Position numbers and translations under genes: made by a program. Shown one piece after another: positions 48,601 through 61,462 of a DNA stretch of 64,000 bases. Position 1 is the first letter of the stretch, and each line of letters begins with the position of its first letter. The notes beneath the pieces are model-generated. The model had not been told where the DNA came from. It did not search any database and saw nothing but the letters and a program-made list of their open reading frames with translations. The DNA comes from Takakia lepidozioides (lineage: Eukaryota > Plantae > Bryophyta): NCBI GenBank assembly GCA_030704615.1, contig CM060732.1, forward strand, positions 26,660,001 through 26,724,000. Direction: 5' to 3'.

Positions 48601-51600
48601 TATTTCACAACTGAAAAAGCACCACAAAATCAAAAGACAGCACATGCCACAATCCAAATTGAGTGTCCCAAAGAGTACCATTTCGCCTTCTTCTTTGGCT
48701 TTTTGTCTTTCTTGCTTCGTTTCTTGTCCTTGCGCTTGTCTCGTTTGCGTTTTGTTGATTTTCTTTTCTCCTTCCTTGATGACTTTCTCTTCCGACGCCT
48801 TCTATCTTCCTCACTTGATGAGCTTAAGTCTGAGGAATCCGACTCTGTTTCTGATGGGGTATCAGAAGAGGTGTCTGAATAGGAGTCTGACTCTGATGAG
48901 CTTTCGGTTGAGTCTGTTGAGTAACGGCGTCGCCGCTTCTTCCGTCGGTCTTTAATAATCTTTTTGTGCCTCTTCTTTGTTCGGACAACATTTTCTTCCT
49001 CATCACTTGAGTAATCATCCTTGCCTCCCTTGTACTTTTTGCTCTTCTTCTTGCCTGCAAAGACACTGATAGTAATTTGAAAAACTGCAGATACAGTGAC
49101 ATCAAGGAAAGCCCCTCCCAGGAATGAAGGAACTTTTTGTAAGCTGTTAAGTAGTGTCTGGAAATCCACTTCCTCACAACCCTGGTTATAATGACAAACA
49201 TTGCATTTAAGTATATTAACAAGCTCCCTTGCATCACTCAATCCCCCTTCTAGACAACAGGGGTTAACCTAACGAGTCCACCCACCGCTGAAACATGTCT
49301 ACCTTATAAACTTTGGTTTTGGACAAAAGATCTCGGAAGACATAATTTTGCCAAATATATACTCGACTTACCAGCTCCAGTTGCAATCACTCCATTATCT
49401 TTGCCTTTGGAAACTTCACCGCAATTGGCAATTTTGATAGGCACTTCCGGTTTGTTTCTTTGGCCTGTTGGCTGTGCCTCAATCTTCTTCAGGACATCCA
49501 ACCCATCCACTACTTTCCCAAATACGACATGCTTTCTGCAAACAATGAAAGGGTAATATCAGGTCAACATCCAGCGAAAGCAGATCACTGGCAAAAGGAA
49601 CCAAATTTGATATGTAGAAAGAACAAATCCAGAGAAAAGCAAACATATCCAGATGTGCACAAACACAGGTTTGCCTCACCCCGTCACTGTGAATGTCATG
49701 TGGACTGGACAATGACGAGGTTGCTGGCCTACAAACAATTATACCAGTAAATGATCATTAGGAGAGAAAAAGGGAAGAAAAGGAAGAATGGGCCACAACA
49801 ACCATCATGTACCTGCACACTGTTGCCAAAGGGCCGCCAATGTGAAAAACCTTTACAAGTTGACTCTCATTTAAGCACCTAAAGGGAGGCCATTCCATGC
49901 ACCACTACTATTGAGAAACAAGAGAGACACATTACTCCATGGACTAGCTACTATCTGGTCATATAAGGGCAAAGCACCACATCATCTTTATGCTGAAATC
50001 TTGACCTGTCCTAGCTATACTGCTGGTGTGCTGGTACACACACAAATGCTGACATCAAAACAAAATCTGGAAGCATGGAGGCGTGGAGGAATGTGAAGGC
50101 CATTACCCATCAAGATGCGGTGTGGATCCGAATGTCAGGAAGAACTGTGACCCATTAGTATTCGGACCTGCGTTTGCCATTGATAAGACCCCTGGGCCGA
50201 CATGGGAGTACTTGAAATTCTCATCTGCAAGAAAGGGAAAGTGTCACAACTCTATAACAATGTGAACTTCCACCTCTCATGCACCAATGCCTGACAACAT
50301 CTGTCATCATAGCTACTGAATATTCCATCTGATCCGGAGCAGCTATATGCTAACCAGATGTCACACCAACTCAAGATTGAAAACCTGCAAGCCCCAAGGG
50401 GTAATGGCCAACAAGTGGGCAAACAACAACATGGTGGTTTTATGGAAAGGCAATCATTCAAAAGCTTTCGAGGCGTACCTTGCTTGCCCCCTGTGGACAT
50501 GTACGAGCAGGGAAAGAGTTATGCTTTCCCTGAAAGCTAGACATACCTCATTCTACAAACATGTAACTCACTTAGGACTGGCAATGGAACAAATCTGCTC
50601 AAGTTCCCCCTATTCACAGCATGTAGATATGTGAAGTCATTCCCAGGGGTCCTTACCAGGAAATTTGCCTCCGTAAATGCTTTCCCCACCTGTGCCTGCA
50701 GACGTACAAACAAAGCACCCATCCTCAATGGTATCCTGCCGTAACGGTCCTCAACTAATACACTATGAAATGAAAGTTTTAGGCATTGATAATATACCTT
50801 TGCTGCGCACATCACAACACCCAATTGTGAGAAAGAACAATGAGACTGACAGAAGAAATCTCGAGACAGGAAAGGTGACAATTAAAAGAACCATCAAGAG
50901 AAACTCAGGGAGTGTACAAATAGGACCAATCTTTCATCTTCAGGATGTACATTGGTGGGAGCAGGTGAACAACAACCATTGAGAGAAATGCTTGCCCCCG
51001 GCAGAATCAGTAAAGCCAGTCAGGAGTCGCAATTGATCGAATTCGGCGACTGTTAACAGATTTCTACCAGTTACTGTCCACTATTCCTGGAAAGGAAACC
51101 CAGTATGTGCTCTCCAAGAAGTTGGGGATAACAAGGCTCTCGATCAGTGAGTTCCCCCAACTAACTCAAGGTCATACAAACATGTACTGCAAGCGAGTGC
51201 GCTAAATACCTCTCAATGCCCAGCCCGGGACAACGTTCTTCATTTGTCATGCCTTTGATTTCAAAACACAATATCCATCCACGGCCACACAAATGGCTAC
51301 TATCAGCCATGTAGACAACTGGGAGTTTTCTTTTGAAGTTCAATCTTCGGAAATTTAAGCCCTGTCTTACCAGTCATTCTCAACCTCTACACTTTCCATG
51401 CTCAGTCTCTCACAGATCTGACAAAAAGGCATAACCCCAAAATCATCTTCTCTCCTTACGCCCGTTGCCTTACATATTCCTCCCCAACCTTCATCTCTCC
51501 TAGTCCCATCTAAAATTTGCTCGAAAAGCAGACTTCACAAAACCAAAAAAAATTTTACGTATGTGAGCAATATAATTTGTCTTGCCAAAGGATCAAATAC

Positions 51601-52696
51601 TGATGTCAACATCATGTTTTCATCAACTTTCTCGAAATGCTGGGGACAGATGGGGGATAGCACATCATGCATCAGAAATGTAATATAAGTATGAGGTTTA
51701 TCACAGAAATGGTTCAAGCTTACCATCTTTTTTCGAGAAATCTCCTCCCTGCAGACAGGAAGAAAACTAGGGGTCAAGGGACAGTTGATGAGCAAGCAAG
51801 GATCACAAGGACGCATTGGCCTGGTTTGACGGTGGTATGATATTTATCAGATACCACGACCTGCAGACCACTTCAAGCATATCTGTTCTACCCATGAATA
51901 CAAGTGCAATATCATCAGGGAAAGGGAGAGGGCAATAAGCAGCATCCTCCAGATAAATTTACTTGGGCCATGAAGCCTGCAATTACACGATGGAATATTG
52001 TGCCTTTGAAATACAAAGGTTTCCCTGTCACCCGTCCCACACCCTTCTCCCCTGCAAGTTCCACAACCCATAGCTTTTAGTATTTCTTGTCTGTGTGACG
52101 ACCATATTTGAGGCCTGCTGCTTAGACAGAAGTTCACTGAAACTACAAGAAGCGCAGACACTAATCCCTCTCTGAAAATTTCCAGCACATCAGGCACAAT
52201 GCACAATAGGGAGTAGTCCAAGATCATTAGCACTTACAGATCTTTGCAGAGAGCTGCCAGAATCTTCTAATGCCACAACAAGTTTAGACATACACAACCC
52301 CGACACTGTAGAGAAGAAATAAAAGACCCAGGTTAACATCTACTTGGTCCAAATCACACTCTGCAAAATCTTTCATACTCCCGTCACAAATGTAGTCACA
52401 CAGAAGAGCTTGAGTAAGTCAGAAAGTCACGCGATGACAAATGTACTCACCAGTGCAGAGTGCCCGAAAGTTTTCTGCAGTCTTTGGAACCACATCGGCA
52501 TACAGCTGCACATCAGTGTATCACCAGAGAATTAGGCAAAGTAAAAAACACAAGACACAAGCTGTGAATAAATGACAGAAATCAAATTACTTGCATGCGT
52601 GGGTAGCAAGTTTACCTCCATAACAATCTTTCCAACAGGCTCACCACCTATACCGATGTCAAAGAAGACTTTCGGATTAATGGATTTTCTCCCCAT
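45633..52696 (-). CDS. Nuclear RS-domain cyclophilin (peptidyl-prolyl isomerase, CYP63/CYP95-like), multi-exon
   Basis: [90 protein letters not shown], then K/S-rich and RS/SP-rich exons including [24 protein letters not shown] and GLVSYG. Stop at 45633. Confidence 0.93.
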
Positions 52697-54723
52697 GTTA
52701 CTGATTGGTACCTGCACCCAACCCTGCAACAAGTCCTTTAGATGAAGAGGAAATTTAAGCATTGAAAAAACACGACAGAAAGCAATAATGTAGTCTTCAG
52801 GGAGTGTTGACAGAAAGAACCACCACAGATACTCCAGAATATCGTGCAACATTCTCCACCGCAGAAAGGGTGCTAAAGCCTTATGGGGACATCAGGTTAA
52901 AATGGGGAATGACACAACAAAAACCTGTTCAGACGATCACAGAGAATTAGGAACCTGTAAAAATCTTCTCAGCCAACAAGAGGTTCAGATATTAACTCCC
53001 AAATGAGGTTGGCCAAAAAAACAAGGCAGATGGTTCAAAGAGAAATGATCTACACATTAATGATTAGCTGGCTAGAGAGGGAAGTTCTACATCCAAAGAC
53101 AGGGGCCAGACTGCCACAGACTGCGTCATAAACCCTCAGAGGAGGCAAGCCAGCTCACATATCACAATAAGGACAGAGCTACAGAAATAGTAGCGGGCAG
53201 AGCTAAGCGAAAGAGAACACACTACCACAAACTCGAAAAAGGAGAATGGAAACTAACTGTGAAAACAAAAATCGAGACACACGAAGACGTAAAGAACAGA
53301 AGATGAGAGAATAAAAGAGATCTACACCAGAAAATTTTGCGACCAACCACGGGCGAAATCAACTGTACATGAAGGACACAATCCGGACAGAGTAGAACTA
53401 AAAGAGGATAACAGTTAACAAGATTCAAGAGGAAAAAAGACGATGAGGACGTCGGAACCGGCAGTCCAGACGATTGATAGCAACCTCCCAAGGAGGAACT
53501 GAAGATGGAATAACTACGCCTTCTCCAGACTTACAAGCAGCCGCGAATCCGCCCGTGTACTCAGTGGTATCACATCACTTCACACAAAGGGCACTACAAC
53601 TGACAACCTCTGACAATGGCTACCCTAAATCAGCAAAAACACGAAAAGAAGAGTTGAGAGTCATACTGGGGTCGAAACCTCGATGTCCAATCTCTGTTTA
53701 AAAATAACCTACAACCATCAGCAGCTCGTCAGAACACACTATCGCTGGCACGAAGAGGCCCGCAACGCCGATAACAGCGTGACCGCCATACGCAGGGATG
53801 CAGGCAGAAGAGAAGAAGGGTGTTCTGTGTTCTCCTCATCAACGGCAGCGGGCCTGGAACCCTAAACTTGTGCGACATCACCACTAGTGTGAACACAAAC
53901 TGGACTTGATCAAATAAGAACGTACTATTTTCGGGCATGCACGTGTGTACAGATTATGACTTATCCGGATCTATTTCATTTCGCTAGTGTGATCGAGGAT
54001 AAGTATAACTAGTTCGAGCTAGTCGGAAAAGTGTAGGTTTATGGTCAGGTTTCGAACTTTTTTCTTTTTGGCCCTGCGTACTAGGGTTCGTGAATAATGA
54101 TCCTAGCGAAACTCATCGACGTAGTTTAAGACATGTGTACTGGCAAACGAATTCGTTCAAGATAAGTGTAGTAGTTGGACTATTTCATCCCTACGCATAG
54201 ACGAATATTTAAAAATAAGAGTGAGTCATTCTAGGTGGTGGTTTGCGTTTCGTTGAGCTTTCTTAGACGCCTCTCATTGAAGATAATAGGGTCTTCAATG
54301 GGCACATGCGATGTGGCCGGTGGGCCCCGCGCACGGACGCCCGGCTCCCCACCGCCCCGCCCGCCCCGCCCGCCGCTGCGCGCGGTCGCCCAGCCGCGGG
54401 CGCGGCTGCAGCAACCGCGCCCCCGTCCGCCGCGCGGCCAGTCCCCCGCCCATGAGTCCGCTGCCCTCCAGTCCGCCAGTCCGGTGCTGGTCAGTCCCCT
54501 GCCATCCAGTCCGCTGACGGCGCAGGATCGTCACCGTCCATTCCCATAACCCATCCGAGCCCTCCATTTTTAGGGCTGCAATTCAAACCTTTATCCCTGC
54601 CGCCTGCCACTTGCCAGCAGCCGCGAACGTGCACACTGTTCTCCTGGCACGTTGTCGATCGTGTCATGTAATGCGGCGCGTTCCTTGCATATTCAGAAGC
54701 GTGTCTTTTGTACTGTATAGGGC

Positions 54724-57700
54724 ATGGACGTGGAAGCAAAACCCGATGATATACTGATCACGGAAAGCCCGCTTATACGGCCTCTTCGACAATGTTTGCA
54801 AACAGCAAAACCAGGACCCTTCAACAAGAAGGATCTCTATTGGAAGAGTGAGACGCAATATGGGTTTATGGGTGTACGAGTGAATGTTGAAAAGGCCTGC
54901 ATACCTTGGGATAGAGTTGGTGACTTTGTCTTGGGAAAGGAGAGTTTGGATGACTACCCCACTCAGTTTTGGGTAAATGTCCATTCTAAAGTGGAACCCG
55001 GCTCGCAAAAAACATCCAGAGCCAACACATTTTTGTCCAGTATTATGTGTGCACCATCCTCAGTCATTTTGACGTTTCATTGCATGTCTGTTGCCATTTT
55101 TTGTTTCACGAGTTCTCTGATTTTATGCTTCCTCAAGTCGTTGGATATCGATTTTAGAATTTTTTGTCCAGGTATCAATGCTGCTACGGTCCTGATGACA
55201 AACGCACCAACAAGGCAATAGTGGAAGATCAAAAACAGGAGCGTGGAGGACCTCTTGTGGGTGCTGGAACATCTTGCCCTCATAAAGGCCCAAGGAGAAA
55301 GAAGTCGGAGTATGGAGAGTCTTACAAGCGTGGTTGTCAATGTTGTTTCAAGGTCCAGCAATGTTATCTCACCCCTGACATTTGTGTCCTCACGTACTAC
55401 AACAACATGGAGCATACAGATGCGCAAGGGAAACCCTCGCATGGGAAGTCCGCAGAGTTCAGGAACACCCGTCACGCCTATGCACCACACATTAGCGAGG
55501 AATTGAAAGCCTGGGTCGTCGAGTATTTGTGCCGAGGCCTGTCGGTCGCCCAAATCATGCTGGAGCATAAAAAGCATGTGATGAACAACACCGGCTTGGG
55601 CGATGCATGGACCCGCGATGATTTCTTGTTGGAGCAAGATGTTCGCAACCTTGCCGAGAAACGTGCGTGGCAAACCTTCAAAAAACACGCCAATGATGCG
55701 GAGAGTGTACGCATGTGGAGAGACCAGAATCCTACGTCCGTTTTTTTCTATCAAGAGGAGAAATTAGAGCCAACATTCGAGCATTTTGATGGAGATTTGA
55801 CATTCACTATTGGCATACAGACTCCGTGGCAGAAACGACGAATGTTGGAACCTTGACATAACCGTATAGTTGCATGTGATGCAACCTTTGGGACAAATCA
55901 TGACAAGGTATTATTCGAACGATTCCATGGACTTGTACGAGCATGATAGCATAGTACCATGCAGCATTCACATAAAATTTGGTATGCTGACCCTTTCTGT
56001 ATGTTTTCATGTGTACGTTGCGGAAGACCGAGGGGCAGACCCATTGTGAACCGCTGTAGACCTCATCACTCTTATGAAGTCTTCTCGTGCAGAACTGAGC
56101 GGAATTTGCATACTCTAACCATCTTACATTGTGCATTCCAACAGTTCTCATTGTACACGTTGATGGTCTTCGACGAGTGGTTGAACGGTATATCAGTTGC
56201 ATATATCCTATCCGCGAGAAATCGGACAACAGACCTGGTTCCGTGGATGAGAGCCTTGCGCGATTCACTCCTCGCAGATTTGCCGAGCTGGCGACCCAAT
56301 GCCTTCATTGTGGACGATGCCGAAGCAGAAATCAACGCTATTCGGTAAGTCTGTTGGTCCACAGCACCGTTCCATTGTCGTGGTCCACTGCAGCAGTCCA
56401 TTGCTACAGTCCACTGGCAGACTCATGTGGCAAAACCCGATGGCAGTTCGCTGGGCAAATCCACTGGTAGTCCGTTGTCAAGTCCGCTCATCAGTCCCCT
56501 GGCAAGTCCGCTGGCAGTCCCCGACAAGTCCGCTCGGCAGTCCGCTGGGAAGTCCACTCAGCAGTCCGTGGCAAGTCCGCTGGGCAGTCTGCTGGCAAGT
56601 CCGCTCGATAGTCCGTTGCCAAGTCCGCTGGCAAGTCCACTTAGCAGTCCCTGGGTCGGCCATCCGCTGCAAAGTCCACTCGGCAGTCCCTGGCAAGTCC
56701 GCTTGGCAGTCCGCTGTGGCAGTCCAATGGGGCAGTCCGCTGCCCCAGTCCTAGCTAGGGGAAGTCCAATGGGGTTATTCCAGCACATCAACGTCATGGC
56801 ATTTTACTGTCCACTGGGCGAGTCCAGTGGCTCTACCCGCTGATACAGGTCGATGTTACGGTCCACTCCGGCAGTCCACCATTGCAGTCTAATCCCAAGA
56901 CTCTAATGTGTACCATGTGTGTTGTGCAGAATTGTTTTTGAAGGAGTACTCATTTTCCTCTGCCTTTGGCATGTCCGCAAGGCATGGGTGAAGCAATCAT
57001 GCAAGAAAATGAAGGATCCGGTGACCGCTGTAAACTTGTTGAAGGATATGAGAGACCTCATGTACTGTAGAGGGGGACCACGCAACGAGAAAAGAGCGCT
57101 TCGGTGGGTTGCAAGGAGAATCCGTCGTATGAGGTCAAAATACCCGAAAGGACATGAATTTCTTGACTATATCGAACAGTACTGGAAGCCCAAAATAGCA
57201 ATGTGGTGTACAGCAGCCCGCCATGTCCCTCATGCGAGCCAAGACAAAAACGCAAGCATTGAGGCATACCATGGAAATCTGAAGGCAAGACTTGTCATGG
57301 GGAAAGAAAAGATGAGCGGTCGTAGAGTGGACTGGCTTATATGGGAAGTCACTGGCCATGTGCTAACACACTACTGGTACGCAATCCATTTGAAGACCCA
57401 TGGGTTCATAAGAAATGACAAACACAAAAAGTACATATCTAGTTCTATACTTGCGGCACGAGACATTCCTACTGAGAGTGTTACTCTTCCCTTGGGTCCT
57501 GGTGAACCAGCCTACGTTCTCAGCAGCAACCACCCCGGCACAGCATACATTGTTTACAATCCTAATTGCGATTGGGCTTGTTGCACGTGCCCATGGGCAA
57601 TGAAGGGAAACTTATGCAAGCATCAGGTCTGTGTCCTGAAGATGCTTCACCCTGGGCAATGGTGCCGGCGGCAACGACGAATCCAATCAGTTCATGGAAA

Positions 57701-58113
57701 GACATCCTCCGGACGACTTCTCCTACCACGAGGCACCTCTGGAGGTCTCAGCCTCAATGGAACAAGAATCCACGGACATACTTCGCATTGTAGGTGATGA
57801 CAAATACCTGGAGGCACATGCCCGATCTGTTCTTCGTATGTGCAGAGGGCAGCTCGTTGATATCCTGGCGAAAAGTGCGGCTGGAATGTTGCACCCTGCG
57901 GCAGCGAAGGCTTTCCGTTCTCTGAACAACAACAACAACAACAACAACATGTCTCTGAAAAAGAGACGAGATTTCGTGGAGGCCTGGAAAACCCGGCCTA
58001 GGGTTTTGTGGAGAACCAGCAAGAGGGTGTCTGCACCTGCACCTGCAGCACATATATACTCGAAAATTCGCAAGGTTTCAGGTCGTGTAGGTGTCACGAA
58101 GAAGACAATATAA
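54724..58113 (+). pseudogene. MULE-type DDE transposase with SWIM zinc finger (premature stop at 55854-55856)
   Basis: Approximate exons: 54724-55046, 55172-55907, 56144-56344, 56930-57660+. KRGCQCCF...HTDAQGKPSHG, D in ACDATFGTN, D in FIVDDAEAE, LCLWHV, E in NASIEAYHGNLK, SWIM CTCPWAMKGNLCKH. Confidence 0.85.
56345..56890 (+). repeat. Intronic array of ~11-12-bp GGCA(A)GTCC(G/A)CT units
   Basis: Dozens of degenerate AGTCC-core units fill the transposase intron and produce the spurious SPLA-repeat ORFs. Confidence 0.85.
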
Positions 58114-58910
58114 GTCTGCAATTCCTCTGGTAGCATTGTCCATTTCTGAAATACAAGTCCGCAATGGACTCATGCACAGTCTCCCAACGGACTCTTCCAG
58201 TCTCCACAATCCCAGCACACTCCGACACAAACTCCCATCAGACGGCTGCAGAGTCCCACAATGGGCTCCTGCACAGTCTCCCCACGCACTCCTCCAGTCT
58301 CCCAACTGACTCCCACACAGTCTCCCAAGAATAGTCTCCCAACAGACTCACGCACAGTCTCCCAACAGAGTCACAGTCAACAGACTGCGAACGCCAGTAA
58401 GCCAGTCTGCTGGCCAGTCTGCTGCCCACTCCGAACGTCTCTTCACCACACTTCCACCTCATCCCTGCAACTCTCCCAGCAGACTGTTGGACAGACTAAG
58501 TCTCAAGCAGACTCATCCACAACAACAGACTCAAAATGGACAGGCTCCAGTGGACTACCTCCCTAATGACTTATGCCAATCCAGCGTCCCAGCAGACTCA
58601 TAAACATGGTGCCTACCAGACTAGGTACCAGACCCACCAGTCCTAGCCTCGCACATTCAAGCTCAGTAGACACGGATGCACAGTGCATGGAAAAATTGAC
58701 ACCATTGTGTCCATTGAGTTTAGTGACAACATTACAAAACATGCCAGCACCCACAGTACACAAAAGTGCTCATCACCACTGGAATAGTAAGCGAAAAGAC
58801 TCGCATTTTTTATTTCGGTACATAGACTTCACAGGACAAGTACATCATACTCATGAGAGCAGTTTCTCTACATTGTCCAACCCCCGCACGATATACTGGG
58901 CACACTGCAT

Positions 58911-61462
58911 TCACTGCCCAAGTGCAAACTTGAAAGTAAACCAGTTCTTCGTGAAAGGTGTTCCTCTCTCTGGCTTTGCAGTCTTGGAGACATTTCCTCT
59001 GACTTTTACCCACTCATAAAACACTTGAATGAATGACATGACGTAAAAGCCACACTCCCAGCTGAATGGTTGTTGGGGCACATCAGGCGCGTGGAACTGA
59101 AATGCTTGGACAATCTCATGCCACTTTGGTGAGTCCATCGAGTACTCTAAGCACTCAGCATGAAGCTTCCGAATCCACCCTAGAACAAAGGGACAATTAT
59201 GCGAGTCCCTGATAAAGTTCGGGTGAGTGTAACAGCCCTTGCGGAGGTCGATGATACAAACACTCCAGTGCCCCTGCAATGGTATCAAACAATATGGTGT
59301 CATTGCACAATCATGATGGGCAGACTCAGCAGACTGACACTCAGCAGACTTAGCACTCAGCTGACTCAGCAAACTCAATCTTCAAACCCAGTCCACTGCA
59401 CAAATACAGAGGTCAACTTAATCGCTCAGAGTCAAGACGACACTACGAAACCAGACTATGACTCAGGAGACAGTCTCAGCAGACTCGGAAGAGTTCTTAC
59501 TCATCCCCAATTGGCACCAAAATGAAATCGCACTCTTTCAAGTCTTTGCCCAATCGTTCAGTGCTGAGGCAACCTTTCAAGACCTCCAGAAGGCTTTCAC
59601 GTTGCCCCACCCCCAATGACTTCAACACCGTCCACGTCGACGTTGGAAGAATAACAATAGTGTTGGTGAACGCAGCCTCAATCGACTACTCATAGAATCG
59701 ACACCACAGCTCCAGGAGTCTATCTGTGCACTCCGATTCAACCTTCTGGAGTGCCTTTATGTCATCCGGCGATAGTCCGCATTCAAACCATGGGTCCCCT
59801 TCAAAAAACATCAGCATGGAATTACCCGCCTTGACGTGCAAAGCATGTGCTTTGCCAAACGGAGCACCCATCCTGCACAGAGCAGACCATCCTTCGGGAA
59901 GCCTCATGTACTGAACAGACTGACATCAACATGGTACCAAACACTCTACAGGCTGAACAGTTCATCAGCAGACTGACAAGACTAACCACAACAGACAATG
60001 ATGAAACCAGCAACAGACTAACCACAACAGAACACAAAGCACTTAACGACAACGACAGACGAGGAGACTCAGCACAGTACTCACTTGTGCTGCTCCAGGA
60101 AGCGACCCACATCTTTGTCCATGTCCAAGGCCAGCTTGCGGTTCTTGTTCATAAAGACGCCAGACTTTTTCTTCGCCGGTCTCTTGGTACTCGGACCCTC
60201 CTCGACCTCCTCAGTATGGTCCATGACAGTCCGTTTCTTGGCTTTGCCTCTCCCCTGGGAAGCAGGGACAGCTGTAGGCGGGCTGGATAGAGCAGACAAA
60301 CGCAGCGCTGCATCAATATTCTTCTTCTTTCTGTTCTGTCTCTTCCGTGCTTTGTAGGTTTGTCTCTCATTTGCATGTTTGGTTTCGAAGGGGGTGTGCT
60401 GTCATAAGCACATTCTCTGTCTAGATTCAGCACTAGGAATTCTGTCTGTCCATTTTCTGCGTGGAGGAGCTGCACCATTGCCTATGTGCATGTGGAAAGA
60501 GGAAATGGCACAACCTGCCCAAGGGGTGAGGGAGCAGACTCCATGTAATCCAGCGCTATACCAAACGGTGTCTGCACCGCATGTGGTTTTTTGTCAGTGT
60601 GCCTGCCAACATGTTCAGTCTGTTGCTCAATGTGGACAGACTGCTCGGCCGCCGGTTCTTCGTCAGTCCTTTCGTCTGTGAACTGTGCAGTCTGTTGGCA
60701 ACTCTGCGGTTCAGTCTCTTCCTCAATATGGGCAGTGTGCTCGGTGGCAGGTTGGTCGTCAGTCCTTCCCTCTGTGAAGTGTGCAATGTGCTGGTCAAGC
60801 CGTGCAGTCTGAACTGTGCAGTCAGAGCTGAGCTGTGCAGTCTGCCGCTCCGAGCCATCCTGGTCAGTCCTTCCCTCTGTGACCTGTACAATCTGCTGGT
60901 TAGTCTGCGGTTCAGTCTGCTCATCAATGAAAATAGTCTGTTGCCCCGCCACAGGTTGCTCGGCAGTCCTTCCATGTGTCGACTGTTTAGTGTGCTGGTC
61001 AGTCTGGTGGACAGCCGGCTGGGTGTTCGGATCTCCATGGACTTGGGAAACATCAAGAACATGTATGGAAGACCCACCGGCAATTGCTTCCTCAGACTCT
61101 TCTGTAAGATCTATGATATGGTTTTGCGTTCCCAGATTGAGTTCGATCATCACGTAAGACTCATCTATGGCTTTCGCCACTGAGCGCACGAAAACGGAAC
61201 TGAGCTGGAAGGTCATAGAAGGCAGGCCACGGGGAGCTGGATAAGAAGACTTTACCGGTGACCTGATGACGTCGTCAGTGAATGTGCCTGGGGGAAAAGT
61301 GGACTCGGTCAAAATACTCATACTAGCAGATCCAAAAACATGTTGTTGGGAACTCAACATAAATTCGTCCACAGGGTCCCAGTGAGGCCAGTGCATCCGA
61401 GTCTGTTGCACAATCCAGGGAACAGACTGGCTGTTAGTCTCCTGGACAATCTGCTCGGCCAT
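58911..61462 (-). pseudogene. Ulp1-like (peptidase C48) gene with a long Q/T/E-rich N-terminus; in-frame stop at 59686
   Basis: CLIPLQGHWSVCIID (His) and DVPQQPFSWECGFYVMSFI (Gln, Cys). Upstream exons near 59500-59890, 60081-60360 and 60482-61462; 5' end uncertain. Confidence 0.75.

Noticed and set aside
56299-56843. SPLA/WQVR-repeat proteins or a CRISPR-like array
   Set aside because: These are translations of an intronic minisatellite. There are no unique spacers or cas genes, and the context is eukaryotic.
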